Shown: piece after piece, positions 39,201 to 48,704 of the stretch
Layout: each line of letters starts with the position of its first letter
Position numbering within the stretch: position 1 is the first letter of the stretch
From: Myxococcota bacterium
Lineage (GTDB): Bacteria > Myxococcota_A > UBA796 > CAJQPC01
DNA length: 64,000 nucleotides
NCBI GenBank assembly: GCA_036229005.1
Contig: JAZAMN010000039.1
Location: 1-64,000, forward strand
Direction: 5' to 3'
Made by a program: the position numbers and the translations under genes
Notes under the pieces: model-generated
What the model saw: only the letters and a program-made list of their open reading frames with translations
Told to the model about the DNA's origin: nothing
Database searches by the model: none

Positions 39201-40628
39201 TCAGTCCAGCAGCTCGTCCAGCTCCAGGTCCAGGGTGCCCTTCATCTCGCTGAACTCCAGGCGCAGGGTGCCGGCCTGCTGGTTGAGCAGGGCGCCCAGG
39301 GCCTGGGTGCCGACGATCTCGCCGTGGACGGCGTGCACCAGGCGGCCCTCGCGGATGCCGAGATCGCCCAGGCGGGCGGCGCCGGAGAGGCGGATGCGGC
39401 AGGTGGCGCGCTGGGCGGCCAGGACGCGGAGCAGGGCGCGCAGGTCGCCGGCCGGGGTCTCCAGCGGCTCCCCCTGGGCCACGCGCTCGGCGAGCTCCCG
39501 GCGGCGGGCCAGGCGGTCCAAGGCGGAGCTGACGGCGGGGTGCAGGTCGGCGCGCTCCGGCTCTTCGAGGGCCAGCAGGGCCTCCACCGCCATGTCCTCG
39601 CCTGCGGCCCCCTGCGCTGCCCGATCGGAGAGCGCCTGGGCCAGCCCAGAGAGGCCGGCCACGGAGGGTGGGGTCCACCCGGATCCGAGCCCCCGCCGAA
39701 AGAGCAGCAGCGTGCCGGCAGCGGTGGCGCGGGCGGGCTCCAGCCCCAGGTCCTCGATCAGCTCGAGCAGGGTCTGGACGTCCTGGCGGGTGGGGTCGCC
39801 GGGCTCCGGGTGGTGGGCGCGGACCAGCGCCTCCAGGAGCAGGCCGGAGAGGGCGGCGTTGTTTCCGGCGAACTGGGGGGAGAAGCCCTCCACGCGGTCG
39901 ATACGCACCCCCGGGCGGGCGCGGCGCCAGACCTGCTCGTGGGAGCGGGTGCTGTCGGCGAGGGCCTGCCGGTAGGTGACGCGCCAGGCGCCGCCGTTCT
40001 CCAGGACCGCCGTGACCTCGTCGGGGTCGGAGAGCAGGCGGGCGTCGCCGCCTTCGACGGTCTGGAGTCGGCGCAGAGCGGCCTGGCGGGCGGGCTCGGG
40101 CTCGAAGATGGCCAGACCGGGGCGGCGCGCGGGGAGCTGCATCGCGGAGCTGGCGGAGTCCTCGACGTCTTCCTCTCCGGACCGGTCGGTGTGGCGGTCC
40201 AGCAGGTCCACCAGGGCGCGGCGGGTGGTGACGAAGAGGCGGAGCTGACGGGCCTGGGCGAGCTGCTGCATGCGCTCCAGGCTGGGGACGTCCGTGGGGT
40301 CGGCGGTGAGCAGGGAGAGGGTGCCGCGCTCGCTGTCCAGGTAGGTGGGGACGACCAGCTCGCGCCGCAGGAAGCTGCGGGGGAAGAGGCCCAGCAGGTG
40401 GGGGTCGATCTCCAGGGAGTCCACCTGTCGGTTGGCCAGGTGGGGGAGCCTGAACTGGTGCGCCAGTGCGCGGGCGAGGCCTTCGTCGTCCACGAGGCCC
40501 ATCTCGACGGCCAGCTCGCCAAAGCGGCCGCGCTGGCGCTCCTTGAGGGCGCTGAGGATGAGGTCCACCTGGGTGGGCTGGAGCAGGTCCAGCTCGACCA
40601 GGATCGCGCCAATGGGAAGTCGGCTCAC
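39201..40628 (-). CDS. MshEN/GSPII_N domain protein with a C-terminal DUF4388-like domain
   Basis: IGAILVE...RFGELAVEMGLV...LARALAHQ. C-terminal LRALLRVL..QRATCRI..GRLVHA. No ATPase motifs. Confidence 0.7.
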   Translation of the reverse strand: MSRLPIGAILVELDLLQPTQVDLILSALKERQRGRFGELAVEMGLVDDEGLARALAHQFRLPHLANRQVDSLEIDPHLLGLFPRSFLRRELVVPTYLDSERGTLSLLTADPTDVPSLERMQQLAQARQLRLFVTTRRALVDLLDRHTDRSGEEDVEDSASSAMQLPARRPGLAIFEPEPARQAALRRLQTVEGGDARLLSDPDEVTAVLENGGAWRVTYRQALADSTRSHEQVWRRARPGVRIDRVEGFSPQFAGNNAALSGLLLEALVRAHHPEPGDPTRQDVQTLLELIEDLGLEPARATAAGTLLLFRRGLGSGWTPPSVAGLSGLAQALSDRAAQGAAGEDMAVEALLALEEPERADLHPAVSSALDRLARRRELAERVAQGEPLETPAGDLRALLRVLAAQRATCRIRLSGAARLGDLGIREGRLVHAVHGEIVGTQALGALLNQQAGTLRLEFSEMKGTLDLELDELLD

Positions 40629-40726
40629 GGGAGCGTGCTCCTTGGGGTTGGATGATACAGCGGCGGCCGCGCTGGGGTCAGAGCCTGTAGCCCGGGTTAG
40701 AGGGTACAGCCGCGAAGGAGCCTCGG

Positions 40727-41557
40727 ATGAACGCCACCCCCATGCAGCAACTGCGCGCCCTGATGCGGGACGCCGGCTCGGTGCTGGTGACCTTCTCCGG
40801 TGGTGTGGACTCGGCGCTGGTCGCTGCGGTCGCCCACCAGGAGCTGGGGGATCGCGCCGTGGCGCTGACCGCCGACAGCCCCACCTTCCCCCCGGAGGAG
40901 GCGGCGGAGGCCAAGCGCATCGCCGCCCAGCTCGGCATGCGCCACGTGGTCGTGGACTCCAAGGAGCTGGAGCGCGAGGGCTACGCGGCCAACGCGGGCG
41001 ACCGCTGCTACTTCTGCAAGTCCGAGCTCTACGACCTGGCGCGCGATCAGAAGACCGCGCTGGGGCTGGCCCACATCATGGACGGCACGATCCTGGACGA
41101 CCTGGGCGGCCACCGCCCGGGCCTGGTGGCCAGCTCGGAGAACGGCGTGCGGCACCCCCTGGTGGAGGCCGGCTTCGACAAGGCGGCGGTGCGGGACGCG
41201 GCGCGCAGCCTGGGGATCCCCGTGTGGGACAAGCCCAGCTTTGCGTGCCTGGGCTCGCGCTTCCCGGTGGGGACCCGGGTGACCGAGCCGCGCGTGCGCA
41301 AGGTGCAGCGGGTCGAGTCCATCTTGCGCACCCTGGGCTTTGGCCAGTTCCGCGTGCGCTTCCACCTGATGGAAGAAGTCCCGATGGTCCGCATCGAGCT
41401 CCCGGTGGATCAGCTCCACCTGCTCACCCAGGAGGGGATGCGCGAGACCGTCGTGAACGCCTGCAAGCAGGAGGGCTTCCGCTGGGTGACCCTGGACCTG
41501 GAGGGCTTCCGCAGCGGCGGGCTCTCCCACAAGCCCAAGACCGCGGACCCGGCTTGA
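40727..41557 (+). CDS. larE: LarE family ATP-dependent sulfur transferase
   Basis: PP-loop SGGVDS, RCYFCK, HRPG, KPSFACLGSRFP, LDLEGFRSG. Confidence 0.92.
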   Translation: MNATPMQQLRALMRDAGSVLVTFSGGVDSALVAAVAHQELGDRAVALTADSPTFPPEEAAEAKRIAAQLGMRHVVVDSKELEREGYAANAGDRCYFCKSELYDLARDQKTALGLAHIMDGTILDDLGGHRPGLVASSENGVRHPLVEAGFDKAAVRDAARSLGIPVWDKPSFACLGSRFPVGTRVTEPRVRKVQRVESILRTLGFGQFRVRFHLMEEVPMVRIELPVDQLHLLTQEGMRETVVNACKQEGFRWVTLDLEGFRSGGLSHKPKTADPA

Positions 41558-42345
41558 GCCAGGGGGCCCCTACGCCCGAGCCCCTGCAGCTCGGGGACCG
41601 CGCCAGCGTGTTCGAGCCCCAGGCCCGCAAGAAGGTCTGGTGGGAGCTGGTGGGGGTGTGGCTGGGGACCTTGCTGCTCATCCGGGGAGTCGTCACCGTC
41701 TCCGAGCTGCTGCCCGGTACCCAGATCGCGGGACTCTTCTCCATCAGCGAGGTCATCCTGGCGCTGGTGCCGGTGCTGTTCATCTACGCGCCGGTGTGGG
41801 TGTGTCGCCTGCGGGGCGTGGACTCCTACGCCTACCGCCTGTCGGTGCCCGCGTTCTCCGACTGGCGCGCCTGGCTGGGGGCGCTCAAGGAGGCGGGGCT
41901 GTGGACGCTGCTGTTCCTGGTGCCCTACCTGCCGCTCTACCACCTCTGGACCACCCAGGTGTTCGGCAAGCAGTTCGGGGCGGGGGCGATCCCCCCGGAG
42001 CTGGGCACGCTGCTGCTCTACCAGGTCTTCTTCGTGGCCATCCCGGAGGAGTTCTTCTACCGGGGCTGGATGCAGACGCGGCTCAACGAGCTCTTCGAGC
42101 GCCGCTTCCAGATCTTCGGGATCCCCTTCTCGCACTCGCTGTGGATCACCTCGCTGTTCTTTGCCTTCGGGCACAGCGTGGTGACCTTCCAGTGGTGGCA
42201 CTTCGCGATCTTCTTCCCCAGCCTGCTCTTCGGGCTGATCCGGGAGCGCACGGGCAGCGTGCTCGCGGGGGCCTTCTTCCACGCGGCCTGCAATGTCCTC
42301 GTGGTGGTCCTGGATCACTGGTATGGGGTGGTGCTGCCCAAGTAG
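41554..42345 (+). CDS. CPBP glutamic-type intramembrane protease (myxosortase MrtC-like)
   Basis: TTGA overlap with larE; EEFFYRG, FAFGH, HAACN. Confidence 0.8.
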   Translation: MSQGAPTPEPLQLGDRASVFEPQARKKVWWELVGVWLGTLLLIRGVVTVSELLPGTQIAGLFSISEVILALVPVLFIYAPVWVCRLRGVDSYAYRLSVPAFSDWRAWLGALKEAGLWTLLFLVPYLPLYHLWTTQVFGKQFGAGAIPPELGTLLLYQVFFVAIPEEFFYRGWMQTRLNELFERRFQIFGIPFSHSLWITSLFFAFGHSVVTFQWWHFAIFFPSLLFGLIRERTGSVLAGAFFHAACNVLVVVLDHWYGVVLPK

Positions 42346-42367
42346 GGGTGGTGCAGACTCCCGGTGA

Positions 42368-42664
42368 TCAGCGCCCCTCCAGCGCCTCGATCCGGGCCTG
42401 CAGCGCCTGGTTCTGCTCCACCAGGGCCTGGACCTGGGCCCGCAGCTTCTCCAGCTCCTTGTCCAGCTTCTTGGTGCCGTTCGCCGCGCTGGAGGCCTGG
42501 CCGCGCATCTGGTTCACGACGTCCCGGAGCTCCTGGTAGTCGGTCCGCGTGGGCACCTGGCGCTCGTTGAGCGTCTCCATGACCACGTCCTCCAGGAGCT
42601 GGCGGGTGACCGGGAGGGCGGCGTCGGTGGCGATGGAGCGGAGGAAGTCTCGGGTGGAGCCCAT
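42368..42664 (-). CDS. Small coiled-coil protein (UbiK/BMFP- or phasin-like)
   Basis: PTRTDYQEL...LQARIEALE heptads. Confidence 0.65.
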   Translation of the reverse strand: MGSTRDFLRSIATDAALPVTRQLLEDVVMETLNERQVPTRTDYQELRDVVNQMRGQASSAANGTKKLDKELEKLRAQVQALVEQNQALQARIEALEGR

Positions 42665-42894
42665 GGTGCCTCGGATGGTGCCTCTGAGAGGGGCGGGAGC
42701 GCCCAGTCTACAGGTCCCGGGCTCAAGTGCGGTGGGCCGGGAACCGAAGGGCCTTGCATGCTGTCCCTTCCCAGTGAGCGCTCCGGCACTTGCGCTGGCC
42801 TGTCGACCCTGTCGGGCCAGCCTTGCCCGACTCCGGGCCGGGGTGGTAACTTCCGACGACTTTCAAACCTTGCAGGGACTCCTGCGGAGGACTG

Positions 42895-43785
42895 ATGGCT
42901 TCCTGCCCCTTCTGCAATGGCAGTGTGAGTGATGAGCTTGCGCGGCTCGGCGGCAACTGCCCGAACTGCTTCAACCTCATCCCTGGCGAGGAGGCCGCGA
43001 CGGATCCCGGCGTGGAGGCCCAGCAGGCGGAAGCCCAGGCCGAGGCCTCGCAGGAGCGCAAGCAGAGCGCCGGGCGCATCGGCATCCTCCTGGCCCTGCT
43101 CGTCGCCGCTGGCGGCGCGGGTGGCTGGTTCTGGTACCAGGGTCAGCTCGAAGAGGAGCGGATCGCCGCCGCCCTGGCCGAGGAGGTCGAGGCCGACTTC
43201 TTCATGCTGGACGCGGACGAGATCGAGACGATCACTGCCGACAGCGAGCCCGAGAAGCCCGTGGCGGTGGCCTCCGCCGGCGGCACCAAGCCCAAGGGCG
43301 GCAACCGGCCTCCTCCCCCCGAAGAGGACGCGGGCGCTTTCGGCGCTGGCAGCGATCGCTTCGCGGACGAGGGCTCCGGCGGCGTCGCCAAGAGCGCGAG
43401 CGATGGCCCCAGCCTGAGCACCACCAGCATGGGCGTGCCCTCCGTGAGCGGGGGGCCCTCCATCGGCGTCTCCCGGAAGGACGTCGTGCTGACCGACCCG
43501 GCGGAGATCCAGGCCATGGTGGGTGGCGCGCTCAAGCGCTACTCCGGCCAGATCAAGACCTGCTACGAGAACGAGCTCAAGGCCAACCCATCCCTCAAGG
43601 GCGTCTGGCAGATCACCTTCGTGGTGAACCCGGACGGCTCGACCTCGCAGGTGGTGGTGAAGGCCCAGGGGGCGAGCGACGCTGGCCTGGAGTCCTGCAT
43701 GAAGCGCCAGGTCAGCCAGTGGAGCTTCCAGAAGATCAGCCGGGCGCAGCCCTTCGGCAAGAAGTACCGCTTCGGCGCCTCCTGA
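42895..43785 (+). CDS. Zn-ribbon / TM / AgmX-PglI (TonB-C-like) domain protein
   Basis: CPFC..CPNC, single TM, IKTCYENELKANPSLKG...CMKRQVSQWSF. Confidence 0.8.
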   Translation: MASCPFCNGSVSDELARLGGNCPNCFNLIPGEEAATDPGVEAQQAEAQAEASQERKQSAGRIGILLALLVAAGGAGGWFWYQGQLEEERIAAALAEEVEADFFMLDADEIETITADSEPEKPVAVASAGGTKPKGGNRPPPPEEDAGAFGAGSDRFADEGSGGVAKSASDGPSLSTTSMGVPSVSGGPSIGVSRKDVVLTDPAEIQAMVGGALKRYSGQIKTCYENELKANPSLKGVWQITFVVNPDGSTSQVVVKAQGASDAGLESCMKRQVSQWSFQKISRAQPFGKKYRFGAS

Positions 43786-43820
43786 GCGGCCCCGCTCTCA
43801 GCGGCTGAGCCACCGGAGGT

Positions 43821-45092
43821 TCAGCCGGCGGACGCGCCCCAGCCCAGATCCGGTGCGCTGGGCAGCGGGTCCTGGACGAGCTGGACCTCCACGCTGTCTT
43901 CGGGCGCGGGGGACTCGGCCACGGTCCAGGCCATGGCCCAGAGCATCTCGCGGGCGGCCAGCAGCTTGTCGCCCACGTCCACCAGGTTGGGGATGCGGTC
44001 GCGCAGTCGGGGGGCCAGATCGGCGGCGGCCAGCCTGACCTCGCTTGCGCTGACCATCCCAGGCACGGTGGACTTTGAGGACTCAGCCGGGGCGGTGAGC
44101 AGACCCAGTCGCAGCACCTGGGGCATCTCCTCCCCCTTGAGCACGGCGGCGCTGTGCAGGCAGAGGCCCAGGAAGAGCTCGGTGAGGTTGTAGCCCTGGA
44201 CGGTGGCGGGCAGCTTGGCGGACAGGGGGGTGGCGTAGAGCTGCGCGGCGGCCTGCTGCAGGGTGTCCAGGGGGAGGGAGCGGCCCTCGGTGGCCTCGGG
44301 GGGGGCCTGGGAGAGGGGGATCTCCGGGGTGACCTGCGAGGTGGTGAGGAAGCGGATGCCGGCGGGCTGGGCGACCTGGGTGATCCACCCCTCCAGGATC
44401 TGGAGCTGCTCGGGACCCAGTGCATCGGCCTCCAGGCGCAGGCGAAGCACGGGGAGGCGCAGGGCGGGGAGCTGCTCCAGGGTGAGGCTGACCTCGTCCA
44501 GGCCCCAGTGGGTGGCGGACACGGTGCCGGCGCAGCCGATGGCCGGGGCGGGGAGGACCAGGGCGGTGCCGCGGGTGCCGTCGATGCGCTTGACCCGGTG
44601 GGGCTTGGCGTCGGTGCTGTCCAGGAGGACGTGGCTGAGGCGGGACTGCTCGACGGCCAGGTCGGCGGCGCGGGAGAGCGGCAGGTCGGTGGCCCAGGCG
44701 GTGGGGCGCACGCCGGAGCTGCGCTTGCCTGCCCGTGACTGGGCCTTGATGGCGCTGAGCCAGGGGGCGGAGAGCTTGGGGAGGGGGGCCCCGACCAGCT
44801 CGGTCTGGGTGCTGTAGAGGGCGAGCTCGTGGCCGGCCTCCACGACGCCAAAGAGCCACTCGGATTGTTCGCTGGCCTGCTCGGTGCGCATCACGAGGGT
44901 GGCGGGGACGGAGAGGGTGTCCAGGGTCTTGACGGCGTCGTGCAGGCGCTCGGCGGAGTCGCCGGCCCGCAGCTCGATCATCAAGGGGAAGCCGCCCACG
45001 TATTCCGGGGTGACCTGGAACTCCGCGACGGCGTCGGCGGGGGGCTCGCAGGCGGCCTGGGCCAGGGCGGGGAGGAGGATGAGCAGGCTCAA
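43821..45092 (-). CDS. Secreted hypothetical protein, possibly with a degenerate polysaccharide deacetylase fold
   Basis: Signal peptide; VPATLV and GHELALY motifs. Confidence 0.55.
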   Translation of the reverse strand: MSLLILLPALAQAACEPPADAVAEFQVTPEYVGGFPLMIELRAGDSAERLHDAVKTLDTLSVPATLVMRTEQASEQSEWLFGVVEAGHELALYSTQTELVGAPLPKLSAPWLSAIKAQSRAGKRSSGVRPTAWATDLPLSRAADLAVEQSRLSHVLLDSTDAKPHRVKRIDGTRGTALVLPAPAIGCAGTVSATHWGLDEVSLTLEQLPALRLPVLRLRLEADALGPEQLQILEGWITQVAQPAGIRFLTTSQVTPEIPLSQAPPEATEGRSLPLDTLQQAAAQLYATPLSAKLPATVQGYNLTELFLGLCLHSAAVLKGEEMPQVLRLGLLTAPAESSKSTVPGMVSASEVRLAAADLAPRLRDRIPNLVDVGDKLLAAREMLWAMAWTVAESPAPEDSVEVQLVQDPLPSAPDLGWGASAG

Positions 45093-45517
45093 GGGCGCTC
45101 CAGGGTCATGAGCAGGGCGTCTTCGCCGTCGGCGTAGTAGCGGGGTCGGCGGCCGACCTGCTGAAAGCCCAAGCGGCTGTAGAGGGTGATGGCGGGGGTG
45201 TTCGAGGCGCGGACCTCCAACAACGCGGGCCCGGTGGCGGTCTCCAACAGGGCCTGCACCAGGGCGCGACCGAGGCCCTGTCGGCGGGCCTGGGGGTGCA
45301 CGCAGACGGTCTGGATGTGGACCTCGTCGGCGACCACCCAGGCGACCGCGTGGCCCTGGATCCCGGCGGGGGCGCGGGCGACCAGCAGGTGGGAGCGGGG
45401 GTTGTCCAGCTCCTCGGCGAGCTGCGCGCGGGACCAGCCGCCCTGCATGCCGACGGCCTCGATCTCGGCGATGGCGTCCAGGTCGCTTTGGTGGGCGGGC
45501 CCGATGGAGGGGGGCAC
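45089..45517 (-). CDS. rimI: Ribosomal protein S18-alanine N-acetyltransferase
   Basis: WS...EEL, DEVHI, RRQGLG, LEVRASN, GRRPRYY..GEDAL. GGAG RBS before GTG. Confidence 0.88.
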   Translation of the reverse strand: MPPSIGPAHQSDLDAIAEIEAVGMQGGWSRAQLAEELDNPRSHLLVARAPAGIQGHAVAWVVADEVHIQTVCVHPQARRQGLGRALVQALLETATGPALLEVRASNTPAITLYSRLGFQQVGRRPRYYADGEDALLMTLERP

Positions 45518-45613
45518 GGGGGCTCCAAGGAGGCGCTGGGGGCGCGCATGCATTAGGGTTGGGGAGATGTAAACGACCCCGGGGCGAGTTTCAATCCGCC
45601 CGGCAGGAGCCCC

Positions 45614-46534
45614 ATGATCGAGGTTGTCGGGATCACCAAGCGCTACGGTCCCTTCGTCGCCGTCAAGGACCTGAGCTTCTCGGTGGAAAAGGGGCGGGTG
45701 CTGGGGTTCATCGGGCCCAATGGCGCGGGAAAGAGCAGCACGATGCGGGTGCTGACCGGGTTCTTGCCAGCGACTGAAGGGACCGCCAAGGTGGCGGGCT
45801 TCGACGTGTTCGAGCAGCCCATGGAGGTCAAGCGCCGGGTCGGCTACCTGCCCGAGACCCCGCCGCTCTACAAGGAGCTCTCGGTGGGGGACTACCTGCG
45901 CTTCGTGGCCGAGCTGCGCGGCATCTACGGGGCCGACGCCCTGCGCCGCATCGGCGAGGTGATGGAGCGCGTGGGCCTGCGGGGCTGGGAGCGCCGCATC
46001 CTGGGCAGCCTGTCCAAGGGCTACAAGCAGCGGGTGGGGCTGGCGCAGGCGCTGATCCACGACCCGCCCGTGCTGATCCTGGACGAGCCCACCTCGGGCC
46101 TGGATCCGGCGCAGGTGGTGGGCGTGCGCAAGCTCATCGCGGAGCTGCGCGGCGACCACACCATCGTGCTGTCCACCCACATCCTGCGGGAGGTCGAGGC
46201 CCTCTGCGACGACGTGGTGGTCATCAACAAGGGGGAGCTGGCCGCCAAGGGCACCCTGGCCCAGGTCCGCGAGGCCCACGCGCCGGTGCGCTATCGGGTG
46301 GGGCTGTCCTGCCCGGATCTGGACGCGGCGGCCCGCCTGGTGGGCGAGCTCCCAGAGGTCGGCAGCGTGCGCCCGGTGGATGGCGTGCTGGAGATCTCGG
46401 CGCCCGCGGACCCGCGGGAGGCCGTGGCCAAGGCGGTGACCGCGCAGGGCTGGGGCCTGAGCGCCCTGGAGCGGGTCGCCCCCACCCTGGAGTCCGCCTT
46501 CCTGTCCCTGGTCGGCGCCGAAGGAGAGCTGTGA
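45614..46534 (+). CDS. ABC transporter ATP-binding protein (GldA-like)
   Basis: GPNGAGKS, LSKGYKQR, LDEPTSGLD, STH. Confidence 0.95.
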   Translation: MIEVVGITKRYGPFVAVKDLSFSVEKGRVLGFIGPNGAGKSSTMRVLTGFLPATEGTAKVAGFDVFEQPMEVKRRVGYLPETPPLYKELSVGDYLRFVAELRGIYGADALRRIGEVMERVGLRGWERRILGSLSKGYKQRVGLAQALIHDPPVLILDEPTSGLDPAQVVGVRKLIAELRGDHTIVLSTHILREVEALCDDVVVINKGELAAKGTLAQVREAHAPVRYRVGLSCPDLDAAARLVGELPEVGSVRPVDGVLEISAPADPREAVAKAVTAQGWGLSALERVAPTLESAFLSLVGAEGEL

Positions 46535-47244
46535 TGCGGGCGGTGTGGACGCTCCTCAAGAAGGAGCTCAAGGTCACCTTCGTGACCCCCCTGGCCTACG
46601 TGTTCCTGGGGGTCTTCCTCTTTCTCGCGGGGCTCTTCTTCTACCTGGGCATCGTGATGACCGGCGAGGCGAGCCTGCGGGTGATGATCGGAAACCTGGC
46701 GATCGCCCTGCTCTTTGTGCTGCCCATGCTGACCATGCGGCACTTTGCCGAGGAGTCGCGCTCGGGGACCTTCGAGCTGCTGATGACCTCGCCGCTCTCC
46801 CCGGTGGCCCTCATCCTGGGCAAGTGGCTCTCGTCCCTGGTGTTGACAACGATGATGCTGGCCGGGACCCTCATCTTCCCCCTCGTCCTGGAGTTCTACG
46901 GCGACCCCGACTGGGGCGTCGTGTTCACCTCGTACATCGGGCTGTGGCTGACCTGCGCGGCCTTCACGGCGGCGGGGCTCTTCGCGTCGTCGCTGAGCAA
47001 TGATCAGGTCGCGGCGGGCATGGGCGGAATCGTGCTGCTGCTGCCCTTCTGGCTGATCGGGAACGCGGACACGCTGGTCGGCTCCGGGGCCCAGGAGTGG
47101 CTGGACAAGCTGGCGCTCCTGCCCCACCTGCGGGGCTTCACGCGCGGGGTGGTGGATACGGCAGACGTGGCGTACTTCGTGGCCTTCGCGTTCGTGTTCC
47201 TCTTCCTCACCTACCGCACCCTGGAGAGCCGGCGATGGCGCTGA
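46531..47244 (+). CDS. ABC-2 permease (GldF-like)
   Basis: KEL..FVTPLAYV, TMRHFAEE..SGTFELL, 6 TM. Confidence 0.92.
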   Translation: MMRAVWTLLKKELKVTFVTPLAYVFLGVFLFLAGLFFYLGIVMTGEASLRVMIGNLAIALLFVLPMLTMRHFAEESRSGTFELLMTSPLSPVALILGKWLSSLVLTTMMLAGTLIFPLVLEFYGDPDWGVVFTSYIGLWLTCAAFTAAGLFASSLSNDQVAAGMGGIVLLLPFWLIGNADTLVGSGAQEWLDKLALLPHLRGFTRGVVDTADVAYFVAFAFVFLFLTYRTLESRRWR

Positions 47245-48704
47245 GCCGACAGACACAGCGGGCCCTGGCCTACGGCGGAAACGCCACGCTGGTGACCGTC
47301 CTGGTCGTGATCCTGGTGGGCGTGCTCTACGGCGTGGCCGACCGGCACCGCGTGAGCTGGGACCTCTCTGAGGGCCACGAGAACACCCTCCAGGTCGACA
47401 CCCTCAAGAAGCTGGAGCTCCTCCAGGAGGACAACCAGCTCGTCAGCGTGACCGCGTTCTCCCACCAGCAGGGCAAGCGCGACACCTACATCAAGGACCG
47501 CGAGGTCAAGGACCTGTTGGTCGAGCTGGACCGGGCGTCTTCTGTGGTGGAGACGGAGTTCGTGGACTTCGACCGCGAGCGGCTCACCGCCGAGAAGCTG
47601 GGCGTCACCGAATATGGCCACATCGTGGTCCAGCGAGGAGAGGAGCGGGTCGACATCCGCGCGCGGGAGCTCTTCCGGGCCGGGGGCCCGGACAAGGAGG
47701 CCGAGTTCCTGGGGGAGGCGGTGTTCAACCGGGCGGCGGCGCAGCTCCTCTCGGACCGCGAGCGCGTGATCTACACCCTGCGCGGGCACGGCGAGAAGGA
47801 CCTGCGGGAGAAGGGCTCGGATGGGCTCAGCGATCTGGCGCTGCTCCTGGAGAAGGAGAACTACCGCCTGGCCCCGCTGGACTTCAACTCGGGTCGGGAG
47901 GCCGGCGGCATCCCCATCGTGCCCCTGGACGCGTCGGCGGTGCTGGTGGCCGGTCCGCAGAACCCCCTGACGGACGCCGAGCAGGACGCTCTGAGCGGCT
48001 ACCTGGCGGGCGGCGGCGCGATGATGATCGCGGTGGACCCCCGCGCGCCGGACCTGCGGGTGCTGGAGCAGCTCGACGTGCGGGTGCCCTCGGGCATCGC
48101 CGCGGACAAGCGGGTCTACTACCCCCACCCGGACCGCCCGGTGCCCCAGTACGGGCGCCACAGCACGGTGGACGAGCTGCAGGAGGACCGGCTGGCCACG
48201 GTGCTCAGCCACATCGCCCCCCTGCGGGTGCCCGCGCAGCCCCCCGAGTGGATGACCCTGAGCACTCTGTTCAAGTCCTCGCGGGACGGCTGGATCGACC
48301 GCGGCGGCGAGCTGGAGGTCGGCGGCCTGGCCCGCTTCGAGCCGGAGATCGACCTCCCGGGCCCCGTGACCTACGCGGTCGCGATGGAGCTCAAGGCCAC
48401 CGAGGCCAGCGTGGTGAGCCCCGGGGAGCGCACGGCCCGCGTGATGGTGCTGGGCGACTCCGACTGGATGGCCAACGAGCTGCTCGCCACGGGCCCTGGC
48501 AACGGCAGCTTTGCGGTGAACGCCTTCCGCTGGCTGGTCTGGGACGACGCCCGGCTCTCGCTGGTGGGCAACGCCACGGCGGTCCGGCGCCTGGCCCTGA
48601 CGGAGGAGGACCAGGGGCGCATCCGCTTCTTCGTGGTGTTCCTGCTCCCCATCCTGATCCTGATCGCCGGCGGGGCCGTCTGGGCCAGCCGTAGAGGACG
48701 CTGA
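47235..48704 (+). CDS. GldG-family ABC auxiliary component
   Basis: WDLSE..NTL, GHGE, LVAGP, GDSDW; N- and C-terminal TM. Confidence 0.88.
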   Translation: MALSRQTQRALAYGGNATLVTVLVVILVGVLYGVADRHRVSWDLSEGHENTLQVDTLKKLELLQEDNQLVSVTAFSHQQGKRDTYIKDREVKDLLVELDRASSVVETEFVDFDRERLTAEKLGVTEYGHIVVQRGEERVDIRARELFRAGGPDKEAEFLGEAVFNRAAAQLLSDRERVIYTLRGHGEKDLREKGSDGLSDLALLLEKENYRLAPLDFNSGREAGGIPIVPLDASAVLVAGPQNPLTDAEQDALSGYLAGGGAMMIAVDPRAPDLRVLEQLDVRVPSGIAADKRVYYPHPDRPVPQYGRHSTVDELQEDRLATVLSHIAPLRVPAQPPEWMTLSTLFKSSRDGWIDRGGELEVGGLARFEPEIDLPGPVTYAVAMELKATEASVVSPGERTARVMVLGDSDWMANELLATGPGNGSFAVNAFRWLVWDDARLSLVGNATAVRRLALTEEDQGRIRFFVVFLLPILILIAGGAVWASRRGR

